A DNA stretch of 57,860 bases, filler included, from Sphacelaria rigidula (lineage: Eukaryota), in the NCBI GenBank assembly GCA_964200075.2. It is 9 parts of 9 records of this genome, joined end to end, with 100 filler letters (N's around TTAATTAATTAA, not from the genome) between each part and the next. Parts side by side here need not be neighbours in the genome. Positions count along the whole stretch, not along the records: positions 19,321 to 25,660 come from CAXNAA020020670.1; positions 25,761 to 32,100 come from CAXNAA020020671.1; positions 32,201 to 38,540 come from CAXNAA020020672.1; 6 more parts are not named here. One strand, given 5' to 3'. This document shows positions 23,428 to 34,699 of this stretch, one piece after another; within the stretch, counting starts at the first letter, position 1, and the number at the start of each line of letters is the position of its first letter. The position numbers were made by a program, and so were the translations under genes. The notes beneath the pieces were generated by a model. The model worked only from the letters and a program-made list of their open reading frames with translations. It was not told where the DNA came from and did not search any database.

Positions 23428-25760
23428 AGAGTGGTACGGTACGGGATTGATTACGAACGCTGGCACATGTGGTACGACAGAATGCGGATGTATCTCACGG
23501 AAATATCGTGGGGTAGTGGTATTCGACGAGAAGAGATGAGCCGGAGACAAGACTTCCTTCTCCTGACACTTTTGTCGTATACGTGCGCTTACGAAAACAA
23601 TCGTACCCACGCAGCATGTTCCATCTCCGGAGAAGAGGAATTCAGTCAAGAGACTGGACCGTTTTTTTCCTTTTCGTTGACGCTATTCCTGGAAACACGA
23701 CAGTGAACAGGAGATTCAAATTAAAATGAGTAGTGAGAGTTGGAAGCTGACACGTGTCTCGTTCCCTCACACATGTTTTGTGTGTGTGTGTTTGTCTTCT
23801 TTTCGAAGAGTTTCTTCAAAGTCGAATGAAGAATGTCGCAGTTGCAAATTGAGTTTTTGGCGGGAGAGAGAGGGACCAAAGATATAGGCGATCGCAGATC
23901 ACGGATCACGGGGCCAAATAGTACCCGTCAGCCTATCGTATGTACCATCTACTCGCCAGTTTTTTTTTCTTTTTTCTGTTGTACAGGAGGCTGCACACAT
24001 GTTCCCTGTGACATGAGTGCGTGTGTGCGTGCGTGTTTGTGTGTGCGTGAGTGTGTGTACGGATGTTTTGAATACGGGACCGTTTCTTCATCGGGAATGT
24101 AATGAAGTGGAAATTACGTGTTCCTGCGGCGTGCAAACCTCGACTACCCGAACAACTTGACAGCCTTGGACGAGGAAGAAACCCGTGTACGGAGTAGGTG
24201 CTACCGAGAACCAGCTCCTTCTCAACTGGAACTAGGGTATGCTAAGAACCGGTTTCGGAGGATGGGCAGGCGAGACGCGAGGCGTCAGAAATGTAGAAGC
24301 AGTGCGATGCGATTTCTTGGGTAGTTGGTGGGAATTAGGATACTGTTGTCGCAACTTCCACGAAGGGAGGGAGGGTTTGTGCGTTGTTGTTTTGTTTTTT
24401 TAAATTACTTTATATTGCGCCTTTTTTAGACAACCGATGCCGAGAATTAATCTATCTCCTCTTGTTCTTTGGTGCTGTCGGCAAATTCGTTTCTTGCTCA
24501 CTTGGGCTGTTTTTCTCGAGAATATATGCAAGGTACCGATTCAGAGCTTGTTGTACAGTACATTGTTTGACGTCCCGTGGACTTTCATCGTTGTTGTCGT
24601 TCTTGTTGCTGTTAGTGTTGCTGCTCGCATCGGGGATAAGCATAGCGAGGAGGGAAAGTGGGACGGAGGCGGGGGGAACAGTTTGATGGCGCAGATGCCG
24701 CTTAGGCCCCTTGGTGTGCACATCTGCCGCACAAATAACACAGTTCTATCGCCACCACTACTGCAACTACTACTACAACATGTACTACAATGCAGGCCAC
24801 GCAGACGAGAACAAAATCGTGGAGAACGTGTGCGTATTGTAGTTTCTTCCCTTCGGGCGGTTGGGGGGGGCGTTGTTGTTAGCATTTAGTATGAAAATTA
24901 GTTTCATTTTTTTTTTTCCTTGCCCGGACTTCCTTCTCGTGTCGTGTCTGCTGCTGCGGTTGCTGTCGTTGTCCCTTCTGTGGTTTTGTAGGAATCCGTA
25001 TCTTGTGCATTTCGTGGCCTGGGGCACAAAAGAGAGGTCAGCATGTCGAAATGATCTAGTAACCCTATCCGCCGTATGATTTTTGTAATAATCGTGCGAT
25101 TCATCTCACGATCAGTGGAGACATCACGTGAGTCATGTACCTCACCCTGTGATGGCACAGGTTTATTCCCGGTAGATGCATCAACGTCGTTCCGCGCAAG
25201 ACAGGTGTGTGTTGGGTTTGACCTTCAAGGATATGTTCTCGCTACTTTTTCGTGGCTATCTCCTTGTCCTCCTGTTATGAAGGGGTGAAAGTATGGCGTG
25301 GCGACTGAAGTCATCACAGCCCTTTAGGGTGTAGAGATGTTTGTACATGGATGGACGCCAGTCGGTGAAATTCGCTACTTTACAGGGACACGGTTGCACA
25401 TACTCTCTTGCAAAGGAGGGGCACAAGAGCTGTGTCACAACACTCATATATAATATACCTTTCCCTTTCCGTTCATGTTCGTGTCGACACATTGTGAAAT
25501 CGTGGGCGTGTGTCAGATCTACGGTATTATTTTACCGCTTTTTTGTTGCTCTCCCTGGAGATTAAACAACGATGAAATAGACAAAATACCATACCCTGGA
25601 CAATAGAATACACGGTCGAAAAATGTACTGCGTACAGTATAGAATCTATTGTCTATTGCANNNNNNNNNNNNNNNNNNNNNNNNNNNNNNNNNNNNNNNN
25701 NNNNTTAATTAATTAANNNNNNNNNNNNNNNNNNNNNNNNNNNNNNNNNNNNNNNNNNNN

Positions 25761-25900
25761 TGGGTTCGTTCTAGCCAATGTCGCCAACATGAGGCGCTTC
25801 ATGCAGCCTGAACCCAAACACCAGGCGCTGTATGGCCATTATTTTCGTGACACTTTTGAGCTGGTTTTTTTTGGGGGGGGCATCGTAGAAAGTGTCTTTT
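25761..25900. repeat. Dispersed repeat fragment, unclassified
   Basis: Homologous to the reverse complement of 51127-51270 and to 6441-6500. Confidence 0.75.
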
Positions 25901-26579
25901 ATGAGAGAAAAGTCAAACGGCTCGGCGCGTCACTGGTATTGGGAGTTCCGCAGGTTAAATTCCCAGGAGGAGAGAAGTGAAAAGTGCCACGAAAACAGGT
26001 TGCGGTAATTCCGAGTAGCGACACGTCAGATTATGGTGGCTAGGTAAATCACTGGTCCCAGAGTGTATTCCGCGGAGAGAAGGGCAGATTCCGCGAAGGT
26101 CGAGGAAAGTGACTGTTGCACCTGCGTGCAGGTACTCGAAATGCGGATGAAAATAACACATGAGAATAATGTATACACATATATACATATATATATATAT
26201 ATACAAGGGGTTCGGCGGCTTCCGCCGCCACGCTCAATGAGATCGATAGCCAAGGTACATAAGGATCGGTCATCGTTGTTCGCATTAGGTAACGGACCAG
26301 ATCATAGCTTCAAGCGCGGTATATTACGCTGTGTGCATATGGAGACCCGTGTCCAGGGGGCAGGATATGAAGAAGAGTCTTAATGATGTTTTGACGATAG
26401 TATCGATACGGTAGAACGGGCAAAAGACTACCTCCACCGTCGAAGGACAGATACTAAGACACTCATTTACGTTTTCTACCCACAGCAACGAATAGGAACC
26501 CGATACCCGGGGACACAAATACTTGCGACGAACACACACGAGTGTTCGCAACCATGAGTCCAGTACTATTGCACCGCAG

Positions 26580-26945
26580 AAACGCCCATCGTGCGGAACA
26601 GGCTCCAGAAACAGCAAGTGAAAGGGCATAAAATATTCATTCCCCTTCCTTCGTGGGCAACAACGAAGCAGGCAATACCCGCAATGTAGTGGATATATAA
26701 AAGAAACGGAAGAAGTAAGACAACAATCGACCACCAGTAGCGACCGATATCCCCCAAAACACGGTAAACGACGACCACGGATTCAACATGACAGACTATC
26801 CCGTCGTGCGAAAGCCGTCCATAAACAGCAAAGAACACTCGACCAACAGAAGCGACCGATATCTCCCGAAACACGGACAACCCCGGGTTCAACATCACAG
26901 ACATGACCCATCGTACGAAACAGGCTCCAGAAATAGCAGGACAGT
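26580..26945. repeat. Region of internal diverged duplications (complex repeat)
   Basis: cccatcgt.cg.aacaggctccagaaa at ~26586 and ~26907. tcgacca.cag.agcgaccgatatc...ttcaacat.acagac at ~26727 and ~26838. Confidence 0.65.
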
Positions 26946-27488
26946 TGAGCACACGACAACCGCAACGTGTCGTTTCTGCGGCTTCGTTGCCACGCTCAGT
27001 GGATCGACAGCTAAGGTACATGAGCACCGGTGATAGCTGTGTGCGTTGTGTAAGCTCATGGACTGAGCACGGTAGCAAATCTGGATCATAGACACTTTTA
27101 TTGAGTGAAATTGATGCCACTTCAACAGATTGCCTAATTTCTGCTGTCAAATGGTTAATGAAAAGCGGCGGGAAAAAATTGTCGTGTCTTCTGACTGTTT
27201 CATGAGCATGATGCCGGTTCGATTTAAAAATAAACTTGTTGTTTGTTTCGTTTTCAGGCCGAAGAGCAACATGGATGATGACCATGTACGAAGGCTCAAT
27301 ACAACGCATCACGATCAAAAGTGAACCTGAGGAACTGACCGCCCCCGCAAACCAAGAACCCCTATAGTGGCAACGAATTTGACCATTTGACCATGATAGG
27401 TAATCTGTTGTTAAATCGGCATCAGTTACTTGGACTTCACAAACTACAGCGTGGTCGAGATGACCTCCCCTACCCGTCAAAGGATTAA

Positions 27489-27649
27489 CCCTTTTGTGAC
27501 GGGATCCCCAGAAACATGTGATATGCACGCAGGGGTCTTTGTGTATGAATTGGCGAATATTCAATCGCTTTCAACTAAAAATATTACCGATTCATGGAGA
27601 CGCCCCTGCGTGCAAACCACATGTTTCTAGGATTCCGGTCCCAAAAGGG
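27489..27649. mobile_element. 161-bp piggyBac-type foldback MITE
   Basis: TTAA-CCCTTTTGTGACGGGATCCCCAGAAACATGTG...CACATGTTTCTAGGATTCCGGTCCCAAAAGGG-TTCA; ~50-bp or longer imperfect arms. Confidence 0.85.
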
Positions 27650-27714
27650 TTCAAACAGTAAAATGAAGTGAAGTCGAGACCATGATGCGATATCCATGCT
27701 GATACAGTACTTGT

Positions 27715-28287
27715 GTGCCTTACGTGTAACACAGGAGGGAGGTCAACACAGGAAATTCTGTGGTGGTCGCCTTACTTTTTCATCGCGAGAGGGGTTCAGC
27801 GGTCCCTTTCGCTCGTCGACCGTGAAACCGAATTCTGTCTACTCACGACAAACTGTAAACAATGTTTTCGTGAGATTGAGAATAGAAGATACGATTGAGA
27901 GTGGAGAGCGGTCAATTCGTCAATGAATCGTTTCAGTTCCGGGATGCCCCTCCACGAGGCTCAAGATGCTCTCTGTACTGTAGGAGCTTGCCACTGAGAC
28001 CCTTGATACCCCTGAGCAAGATATCGACGTGTAGCTGTATGCACACGTCAGTGCCAGAGGCGAAGAAAAGCAGGCATGGAATGAAAAACTGGCTTCGTTG
28101 AAGCGACTAGTCAAAGCCACTCTCAACCAGTGCTCTACTCTCAATCTCACGAGAACATTGTAGTCGCCGTCCACTGTTGAACATGGTGTGAGATAAAATT
28201 CCAGTTCGTGTGACTGCACTGAGGTTCGAACCAACGACCCAACCGCCATGAGGTTTGGGGGTTACCAACTGAGACACCAGAGCGACC
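27715..28287 (-). mobile_element. tRNA-derived SINE-2, split by a MITE at 27860-28160
   Basis: A-box-like TGTCTCAGTTGG (28265-28276) and B-box GGTTCGAACC (28223-28232). Body homologous to 31385-31640 and 51905-52225. Confidence 0.85.
27860..28160. mobile_element. 301-bp MITE with ~45-bp TIRs (CAATGTTYTCGTGAGATTGAGA...), possibly Tc1/mariner-type
   Basis: Inverted ends visible, with TA on the right flank. Partial copies at 29520-29710, 30158-30325 and 38641-38703. Confidence 0.8.
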
Positions 28288-28729
28288 GTCACTAAAACAT
28301 GAAAAATAGAAGCCGGCACCTCATGACGAAAAAACGCATGTATGGCAGAGCAAAAACAGCAGCATAGACAGGAAAGGGGAACGACATGCGGGAAAAATCA
28401 CAACATGCTTCCGGTGTGCGCCGAGGTTGGACGGAGAGTCGTTCCGCGATTCAATTTTCAAGTGACCTGCATACGGTAAGAGGTGGCATCTCCGACGGTC
28501 AAAGGGTCACAAAGAGACCCCATTTCACCGTATTCTAAAAGCAATTGAAAAAGTGCACCTGTCTCAGAGCCTCTGTGGGAACGATTCTGACAGTCCTGTG
28601 TGCGGTGTGACATGGGCGCACGAAGGGTTTACCGCCATGGCGAGGAAAGAAGGCGGAAAACACCATGCAGAGCACTGCCGTGGGAGCGATGCTCCCGAAA
28701 CCTCCTGAAGAGGAATCATGCAATGCTGC

Positions 28730-28925
28730 TTTGTCGGAGCTTGAGAGAACGAAATGACCCCGTTCGCTGTACTCTAAAATCAAGTGTGAGCAAATGCTCG
28801 CCTCTCTGAGCTTCTGAGAACGACCGAATGACACCGTGTCGCCGTATTCCAAAATCAAGTGTGAGCAAATGCTGGCCTCTCAGAGCTTGTGGGAAAGCCG
28901 TTCAGCCGTACTCTAAAACCAAGTG
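28730..28925. repeat. ~75-bp tandem repeat x2.5
   Basis: gta.tc.aaaatcaagtgtgagcaaatgct.gcctctc.gagctt is repeated. Confidence 0.75.
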
Positions 28926-29204
28926 AAATAAAGTGCACCTGCATCCAAGGCTCTTCAACGGCGAAAAAGAGAAATGAAGTAATTGCTACAAGGTTTTAGG
29001 CGCTTCGCGCCCGCGCTCAATGAAGCGTTACCCAAGGGAAAAGATGGTGCGGAGTGTTGCAACCGACATCAGCCGTCGCCCACATTTGGGAGTGCTTAGA
29101 GGCGAAGATAAGATCCAGAGATAACTCGTTCTCTTCTTTTTTCCACTTTGGACTTTCAAATATCGTTGGCGACGATTAAACCTGACCAAAAAAAAAGGCG
29201 GAAG

Positions 29205-29508
29205 GAGGCAGAAGACACTGGTCCTGCACAACTAGGGAGACAACCGTAAAGCTCCACTCATTCTCCGTCCGAGAAATCCACGCGAAATGAACGTATTCAA
29301 CCTTCAAAAAACGAAAAACTCTGAACGAGAATCAAGGATCGAAACGAGGCAGAAGACACTGATCGAACAGAACTAAAGAATAACCATTATTCTCCACCCA
29401 TCCTCCGCGTCGCAGATATCTGCCCAAAATGAACTCATTTCAACCTTCGAACATGAACAAAACGCGACCGAAAATAAAGAATCTTGGCGACGCAGAAGGC
29501 ACTGACCT
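29205..29508. repeat. ~140-bp diverged tandem duplication
   Basis: gaggcagaagacactg and aaatgaac...ttcaaccttc recur at ~142-bp spacing. Confidence 0.7.
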
Positions 29509-29734
29509 TACGCATTCTTTCATTGGCGTGTGCTCACAGATACATGTCGATATCCTACTCAGGGATATCAAAGGTGTCAGTGGCAAGCTACCACAGTAAA
29601 CAGATTGGACCTCGTGGAGGGGCATTTCGGAACTAAAACGATTAATTCACTAATTGACCGCTTTTCACCGTCACTCGTATCCTTTACTGTCAATCTCACG
29701 AAATCATTGTTGAGACTGTGTTCTGCTGCGATTG

Positions 29735-29975
29735 CGAAAGTTTCAAACGTCTCCTACCCTACCATTGTACGTCAATGCACGTACGCCATCTCCTCAAAAT
29801 CGGGGGGAGTCACGATCTTGGACTGATCTCCCGATCTTTTTGAAACAAATCGGGATAAATCGTTCTGAGATCGCAACACCCCGATATTTTCGGGCCCCCG
29901 ATTTGGTCCATGAAATGCGTTCCCCGATTTTTTTCCCCCCGATGTGAAAACACTTGAGATTGGTGACTGCCATGA
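29735..29975. mobile_element. DNA-transposon end fragment with ATCGGG/CCCGAT subterminal motifs
   Basis: Homologous to 55965-56220 (taccctaccattgtacg.caatgca ... gagattggt.actgccat). Confidence 0.7.
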
Positions 29976-30285
29976 AAAAAAGGTTGGTTGATCGATTATC
30001 TCGCATTAGACTAGCTGATTGCAACAAGCCAACCCGTGGTCAGGAGCAGCAAAAAAAAAACAGAATGATGAAAGAAAAAAGAAGGGAAGAAACAGAAAAA
30101 GACAAAAGTAACGACCTCAGAAAGGAAAAAAGAAAGGAAGCAGCGATGGTCTGAAATGAAACCCTTGATATCCCTCAGTAGGATATCGACGTGTAGCTGT
30201 AAGCACACGCCAGTGATGTAGGCAAAGAAAAATAAACGTGGAATGAACGATTGGTGAACTTGGAAGCGAATGATAGAACCCACTC

Positions 30286-30990
30286 TCAATCAACGCCCTA
30301 CTCTCGATCTCACGAAACCATTGCTACCTGCCGTTAACACACGATTGCGAGGTAGAAGGTCCCAAAAGGATTAACCCTTAGACCGCGAGGAGGGTAGTCC
30401 ATCTGGATCACGTTTACTTTTTCAAGTGGAATTGATGCCGATTCAACAGGTGACCTGTACTCTTGCCTTGGACCGCAATCAACGCCCTTCTCTCACTCTC
30501 ACGAATCCATCGCTACCTGGCGTTAACACGCGATTGCGAGGTAGACGGTCCCAAAAGGGTTAAGAGGAGGGTAGCCCATCTAGATCACGCATACGTTTTC
30601 AAGTGGAATTGATGCCGATTCAACAGGTGACCTGTACTTTGCCTCGGACCGCAATCAACGCCCTACTCTCAATCTCACGAAACTATCGCTACCTGCCGTT
30701 AACACGCGATTGCGAGGTAGACGGTCCCAAAAGGGTTAAGAGGAGGGTAGCCCATCTAGATCACGCATATGTTTTCAAGTGGAATTGATGCATTCAACAG
30801 GTGACCTACTCTTGCCTCGGACCGCAATCAACGCCCTACTCTCAATCTCACGAAACTATCGCTACCTGCCGTTAACACGCGATTGCGAGGGAGACGGTCC
30901 CAAAAGGGACCGCGAGGAGGATAGTCTATCTGGATCACGCATACTTTTTCAAGTGGCACTGATGCCGATTCAAATTGTGATCTACTCCTG
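30286..30990. repeat. ~176-bp satellite x4 built from fused TE ends
   Basis: ggtcccaaaagg recurs at ~30358, 30547, 30723 and 30896. Each unit is a 301-bp-MITE TIR remnant, a piggyBac-type end and a P100 MITE body. Confidence 0.9.
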
Positions 30991-30999
30991 CCCTCTAAG

Positions 31000-31350
31000 G
31001 GTCAACCCTAAGACCCGCGAGGGTAGGTCACCTGCTGAATCGGCATCACTTGAAAAAAGTATGCATGGTCCGGATGGACTTCCCGCACCGCGGTGTGGGT
31101 AGTCCATCCGGACCATGCATACTTTTTCGAGTGAAATTCGTGCCGATTCAGCATATGATCTACCCTCGCGGTCAAAGGATCGCGGAGCGGGTAGTCCATC
31201 TGCATCATGCATTCTTTTTTCAAATTAATATTGATATACCGATTCAGCAGCTGAACTATTCTCGCGGTCGATGGGTAGTCCATCTGTATCATGCATCATG
31301 CTTTTTTCAAGCGACATTGATGCCGATTCAACAGATGACCTATTTTCGCC
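31000..31350. repeat. Cluster of four P100 MITE units; the first two form a spacerless ~170-bp palindrome
   Basis: Symmetry centre CCGCGG at ~31088-31093, followed by two more gggtagtccatc units in tandem. Confidence 0.85.
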
Positions 31351-31384
31351 ATGTAATGGTCAAGGACTACACCAGCATCGACAC

Positions 31385-31640
31385 TGTGCGTGTGTGTCAC
31401 ACAGGAGAAAGGACAGTACAGGAGGTTCTTCTTCTTTATTTGTCAAAGTTCTCCACCTTCCTTCTGCGGTGCTTACCTTTTATTTTTCACGGCGAGAGGG
31501 GTTCAGCAGTCCCTTTCCCTCGTCGACCGTTAAGTCGAGTTGTGTGTACCCACGACATCGTCTCTCTCCACTATTGGGCATTGTGTGAGAAAAAAATCGA
31601 GATCGCTTCGAGATTTGACCCCACGACCCAGTGAAAGGCA
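31385..31640 (-). mobile_element. SINE-2 copy
   Basis: ggttcagcagtccctttccctcgtcgaccgtt and ccaccttccttctgcggtgctt are shared with other copies. Confidence 0.85.
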
Positions 31641-31881
31641 GTGGCACGCTGACTCTTTCCTACCGTTGTATCCAGCGGAGACATACCGCACGCATACTGA
31701 CTCTGCACGCTATTGACTGCTCGGTCAAACGGGTCAGGAGTTCCCCGCAACTATTTTTTATATAGATGCCCAGCATTCACGTGATGATGAGAAAATGCGT
31801 TTTTGTGTAACGAGAAAAGAGCTGTTCTGAACCCCAGATGTGGCATAGTCCATCTCAGTTCGCCTGCGGGGTCGCTGAGAG

Positions 31882-31987
31882 TTGACCCTTGGACAGCGAA
31901 AGCAGGTCATCTGTTGAATCGGCATCAATTTCACCTCAAAAAAGTATGTATAGTCCAGATGGACTACGTTCGCGGTCTAAGGTTAAC
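31882..31987. mobile_element. P100 piggyBac-type MITE
   Basis: ttgacccttggacagcga...tcgcggtctaaggttaa; homologous to 23317-23427. Confidence 0.75.
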
Positions 31988-32470
31988 TCTCACACCGTGA
32001 TGGTAGCCCGGCTGGATTATGCATTATTTTCTCGTGTAAATGTTTGTTTCTTGCCTTCTTCTGCGGGCTGTTTGGGTTAGGGATATATTGGTGGTATGCT
32101 NNNNNNNNNNNNNNNNNNNNNNNNNNNNNNNNNNNNNNNNNNNNTTAATTAATTAANNNNNNNNNNNNNNNNNNNNNNNNNNNNNNNNNNNNNNNNNNNN
32201 GTTCGCAAGTTGGGTTGCCCACTTGAGCCTCAATTCAGAGTTAAACCTCAATTCTCACAATTTGCTGTTACATGGTCTCTTCCCGTAGTGATGGCCTTGC
32301 CCACTAAACCTTTATCCGTCGGACGGGATGTGGTGATATCGGACTATTCACGCGTCGAATAGATCAGCACGTGACAGATCCGGGTCAGCTCATTTGGGGC
32401 ATAGATCATGATCTGTCCGTGATGTGTTGTCACTTGCACGTTTGTCCGGTGGTGATCTGTAGGACCCGCT

Positions 32471-32637
32471 GAGTGCTGCTACGGTAGGGGTAGAGAAATA
32501 ATTTCTGAGATAAGAATTATTAGGAGCCCCTTATCTCATTCAAAACACGAGTTATAAAAATATGCGNNNNNNNNNTAGGAGCCCCTGAACCAGACAAAAT
32601 TCCGCGAAAAAAGTGCACCCCTACCGTAGCATTGCTC
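32471..32637. mobile_element. Sola2-like MITE containing a 9-N assembly gap
   Basis: Termini GAG...CTC, TIR GAGYRMTGCTACGGTAGGGGT, perfect 4-bp TSD CGCT (32467-70 and 32638-41). Confidence 0.8.
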
Positions 32638-33408
32638 CGCTTGACCCGTACATATTTGCCGATCGACGATTTGTAGGACCCGCTTCACACACACTTTCGA
32701 GCAAAACTGATCGGCAGAACCTTGTCATCTGTACAACATCACATAGTTGTCATTGATGTCACTTGGCTCAGGCAAACGCAGTAGCTTATTGTCGGCCCGC
32801 GCGATTGGAATCTCATGTACCAAAAGCTACCCCTCACCCGTGGAATCCGAATCTAGTACTTCGAAGTATACAAGAAACACTTTCCCCCACCCCTAAGATC
32901 CGGATCAAGTACAGAAGAAACAGTATTCAGTATTCTTCAAATTTTTTTAACCCCCCTCCTTTCTCAGAATGACTCCGTGGTGTCAAGGGACCAATTCACC
33001 TCTCCCCGGTACACGCCTTGCATTTTGGTCTCGCGGATCGGGTCAGCACTCTCGCACCGCGTCAACTCATGCCAAATAAACTCAGTCGACCACTTTGTTC
33101 AGTCACGTTTTCACGCTTTCCACGGCGGAAATCAGATATCACGGAGAAAAACACCAACGCTTCGGGAAACGAACCCCGTTCTCTCCACCCCAATGGCGAT
33201 AGTCGGATCATTACACCGCCGCGGCGCGGCATTTTCTCTGAAGCTGTGGTCTGTCGGAGCATCCCTTGCACGTATACAGTAAAGGGTATTCAGTATTCCT
33301 CACCTGCTAACCTCTATGGCCGGGGTCCAATGTGCATATTCACAGGTCTGCAGGTTGTAGGTTGACTGTAGTAGCCCGGCATATGGGACATAAAGTACGT
33401 GTACTAAT

Positions 33409-33624
33409 TGGCACTTATCATCCCATGCCAGAATTTTGTAACATGCGAAAAGTTTAGGCTAGTACTACGATGGGGGACCATGTGGGGAGCCCTGATTTGA
33501 CTACTTTTATTTTGTGTGTTCACTTCGAACAGGGCTCCCCACGTGGTCCCCACCGCAGTACTAGCCTGGCCCAACGCTTAACTCCCGCATGTAACAAAAT
33601 TCTGACATGTTCCGATAAGTGCCC
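33409..33624. mobile_element. 216-bp foldback element whose arms contain 5S rRNA 3'-half-like sequence
   Basis: Arms 33409-33494 and 33530-33624 are inverted repeats. The right arm reads (minus strand) AGTTAAGCGTTGGGCCAGGCTAGTACTGCGGTGGGGACCACGTGGGGAGCCCTG, resembling 5S nt ~50-110. Confidence 0.75.
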
Positions 33625-34699
33625 TGAATTTATTCCGAGTGGTTCCAGGCGCACATTTTCCCCCGAAGCTATGCACTCACAAGAAACTTAGATCTGCTCG
33701 TATGTTCAACACTGCGTAAATCTGTGGACGAAACGGGACGTGTCATGAGCCTGAGGAGCGAGGTAATCTCGCAAAACGCCCACCGTTTTGCTGACTGCAA
33801 GACCCACTCAGTTCACACCCGAATAGTAACTTGAGCAGCGGCCCGTACTTCTTTGCGTGATGACCATGCCGCCCGTACTCGTACCCACGGCGGTTGTTCT
33901 CGACGCAGCTCCTATTCATCACGCGCTTTCACGCGCCCGGTGAATACTGGTTGCGCGACTGCTCGCGCTCCTTCTGTTTCGTCTCCGCCACGACGCCGTA
34001 TTTCACACAATGATAACACGGTCTAGGGAATATATTTTCGGACATGTCATCGGCTCCACGGTCTTCGATTGAGTGATCCAGCAACCAGCTGTCTCACGAC
34101 TCCACGTTAAGGAAACAAACACTTCGTGACCGTCAATCCTCAGAACGCGTTGACCGACGCATCGGCAAAAGCACTGACTCGCACTTTCACCGCCGAAGAG
34201 CTCGCACTAACCGCGATACCCCGCTCCGCTCCGATGCTGTAACTATTCGCTCCCTACGATGCCAAATTGCGAATATAGAGCGGACGTTGACAAGGAAAAC
34301 CATAGGTGCCCACGAGACATTCATCTCCACCGCCCCTTCGGCCACTGCTACCGCTTCTGTTGCCGCCGCCGCCGTCGTCAACGCCAGCCCCACCCGTGCT
34401 AACCGTGGTTGTTCCGCCCCCGGCGCAGGTTTGTGAACAGCTGGACCCCGAGCACTGCCCAACAGGCCTTCCACGCCTATGCTTGACAAGCTCTAGCGAC
34501 GACCAGGATAAGCTTTTCGCTAATCATGAGCAGCTGGTTCTTTAAATAACCATTGACGTTCTTAACTGTCAGCAGAAGGCAGACGCCCACGCTCCACTCC
34601 TCCTTGAAGATGAACACAAAATCAAGACCAGAGACCTAAAACGAGAGATCGCCGAGGCTCAAACATCCAATGCTGTCGCCTAACGAGCCCTTTCTGAGG

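Noticed and set aside
26566..27564. 332-aa minus-strand ORF
   Set aside because: Starts inside a MITE, runs through duplicated repeat modules and has no recognisable domain; probably a chance ORF.
28205..28287. tRNA gene
   Set aside because: A and B boxes are present, but the acceptor and anticodon stems do not close and it is fused to a multi-copy SINE body.
33409..33624. Functional 5S rRNA gene
   Set aside because: Only the 3' half resembles 5S; the 5' half is replaced, and the two copies are inverted and degenerate.
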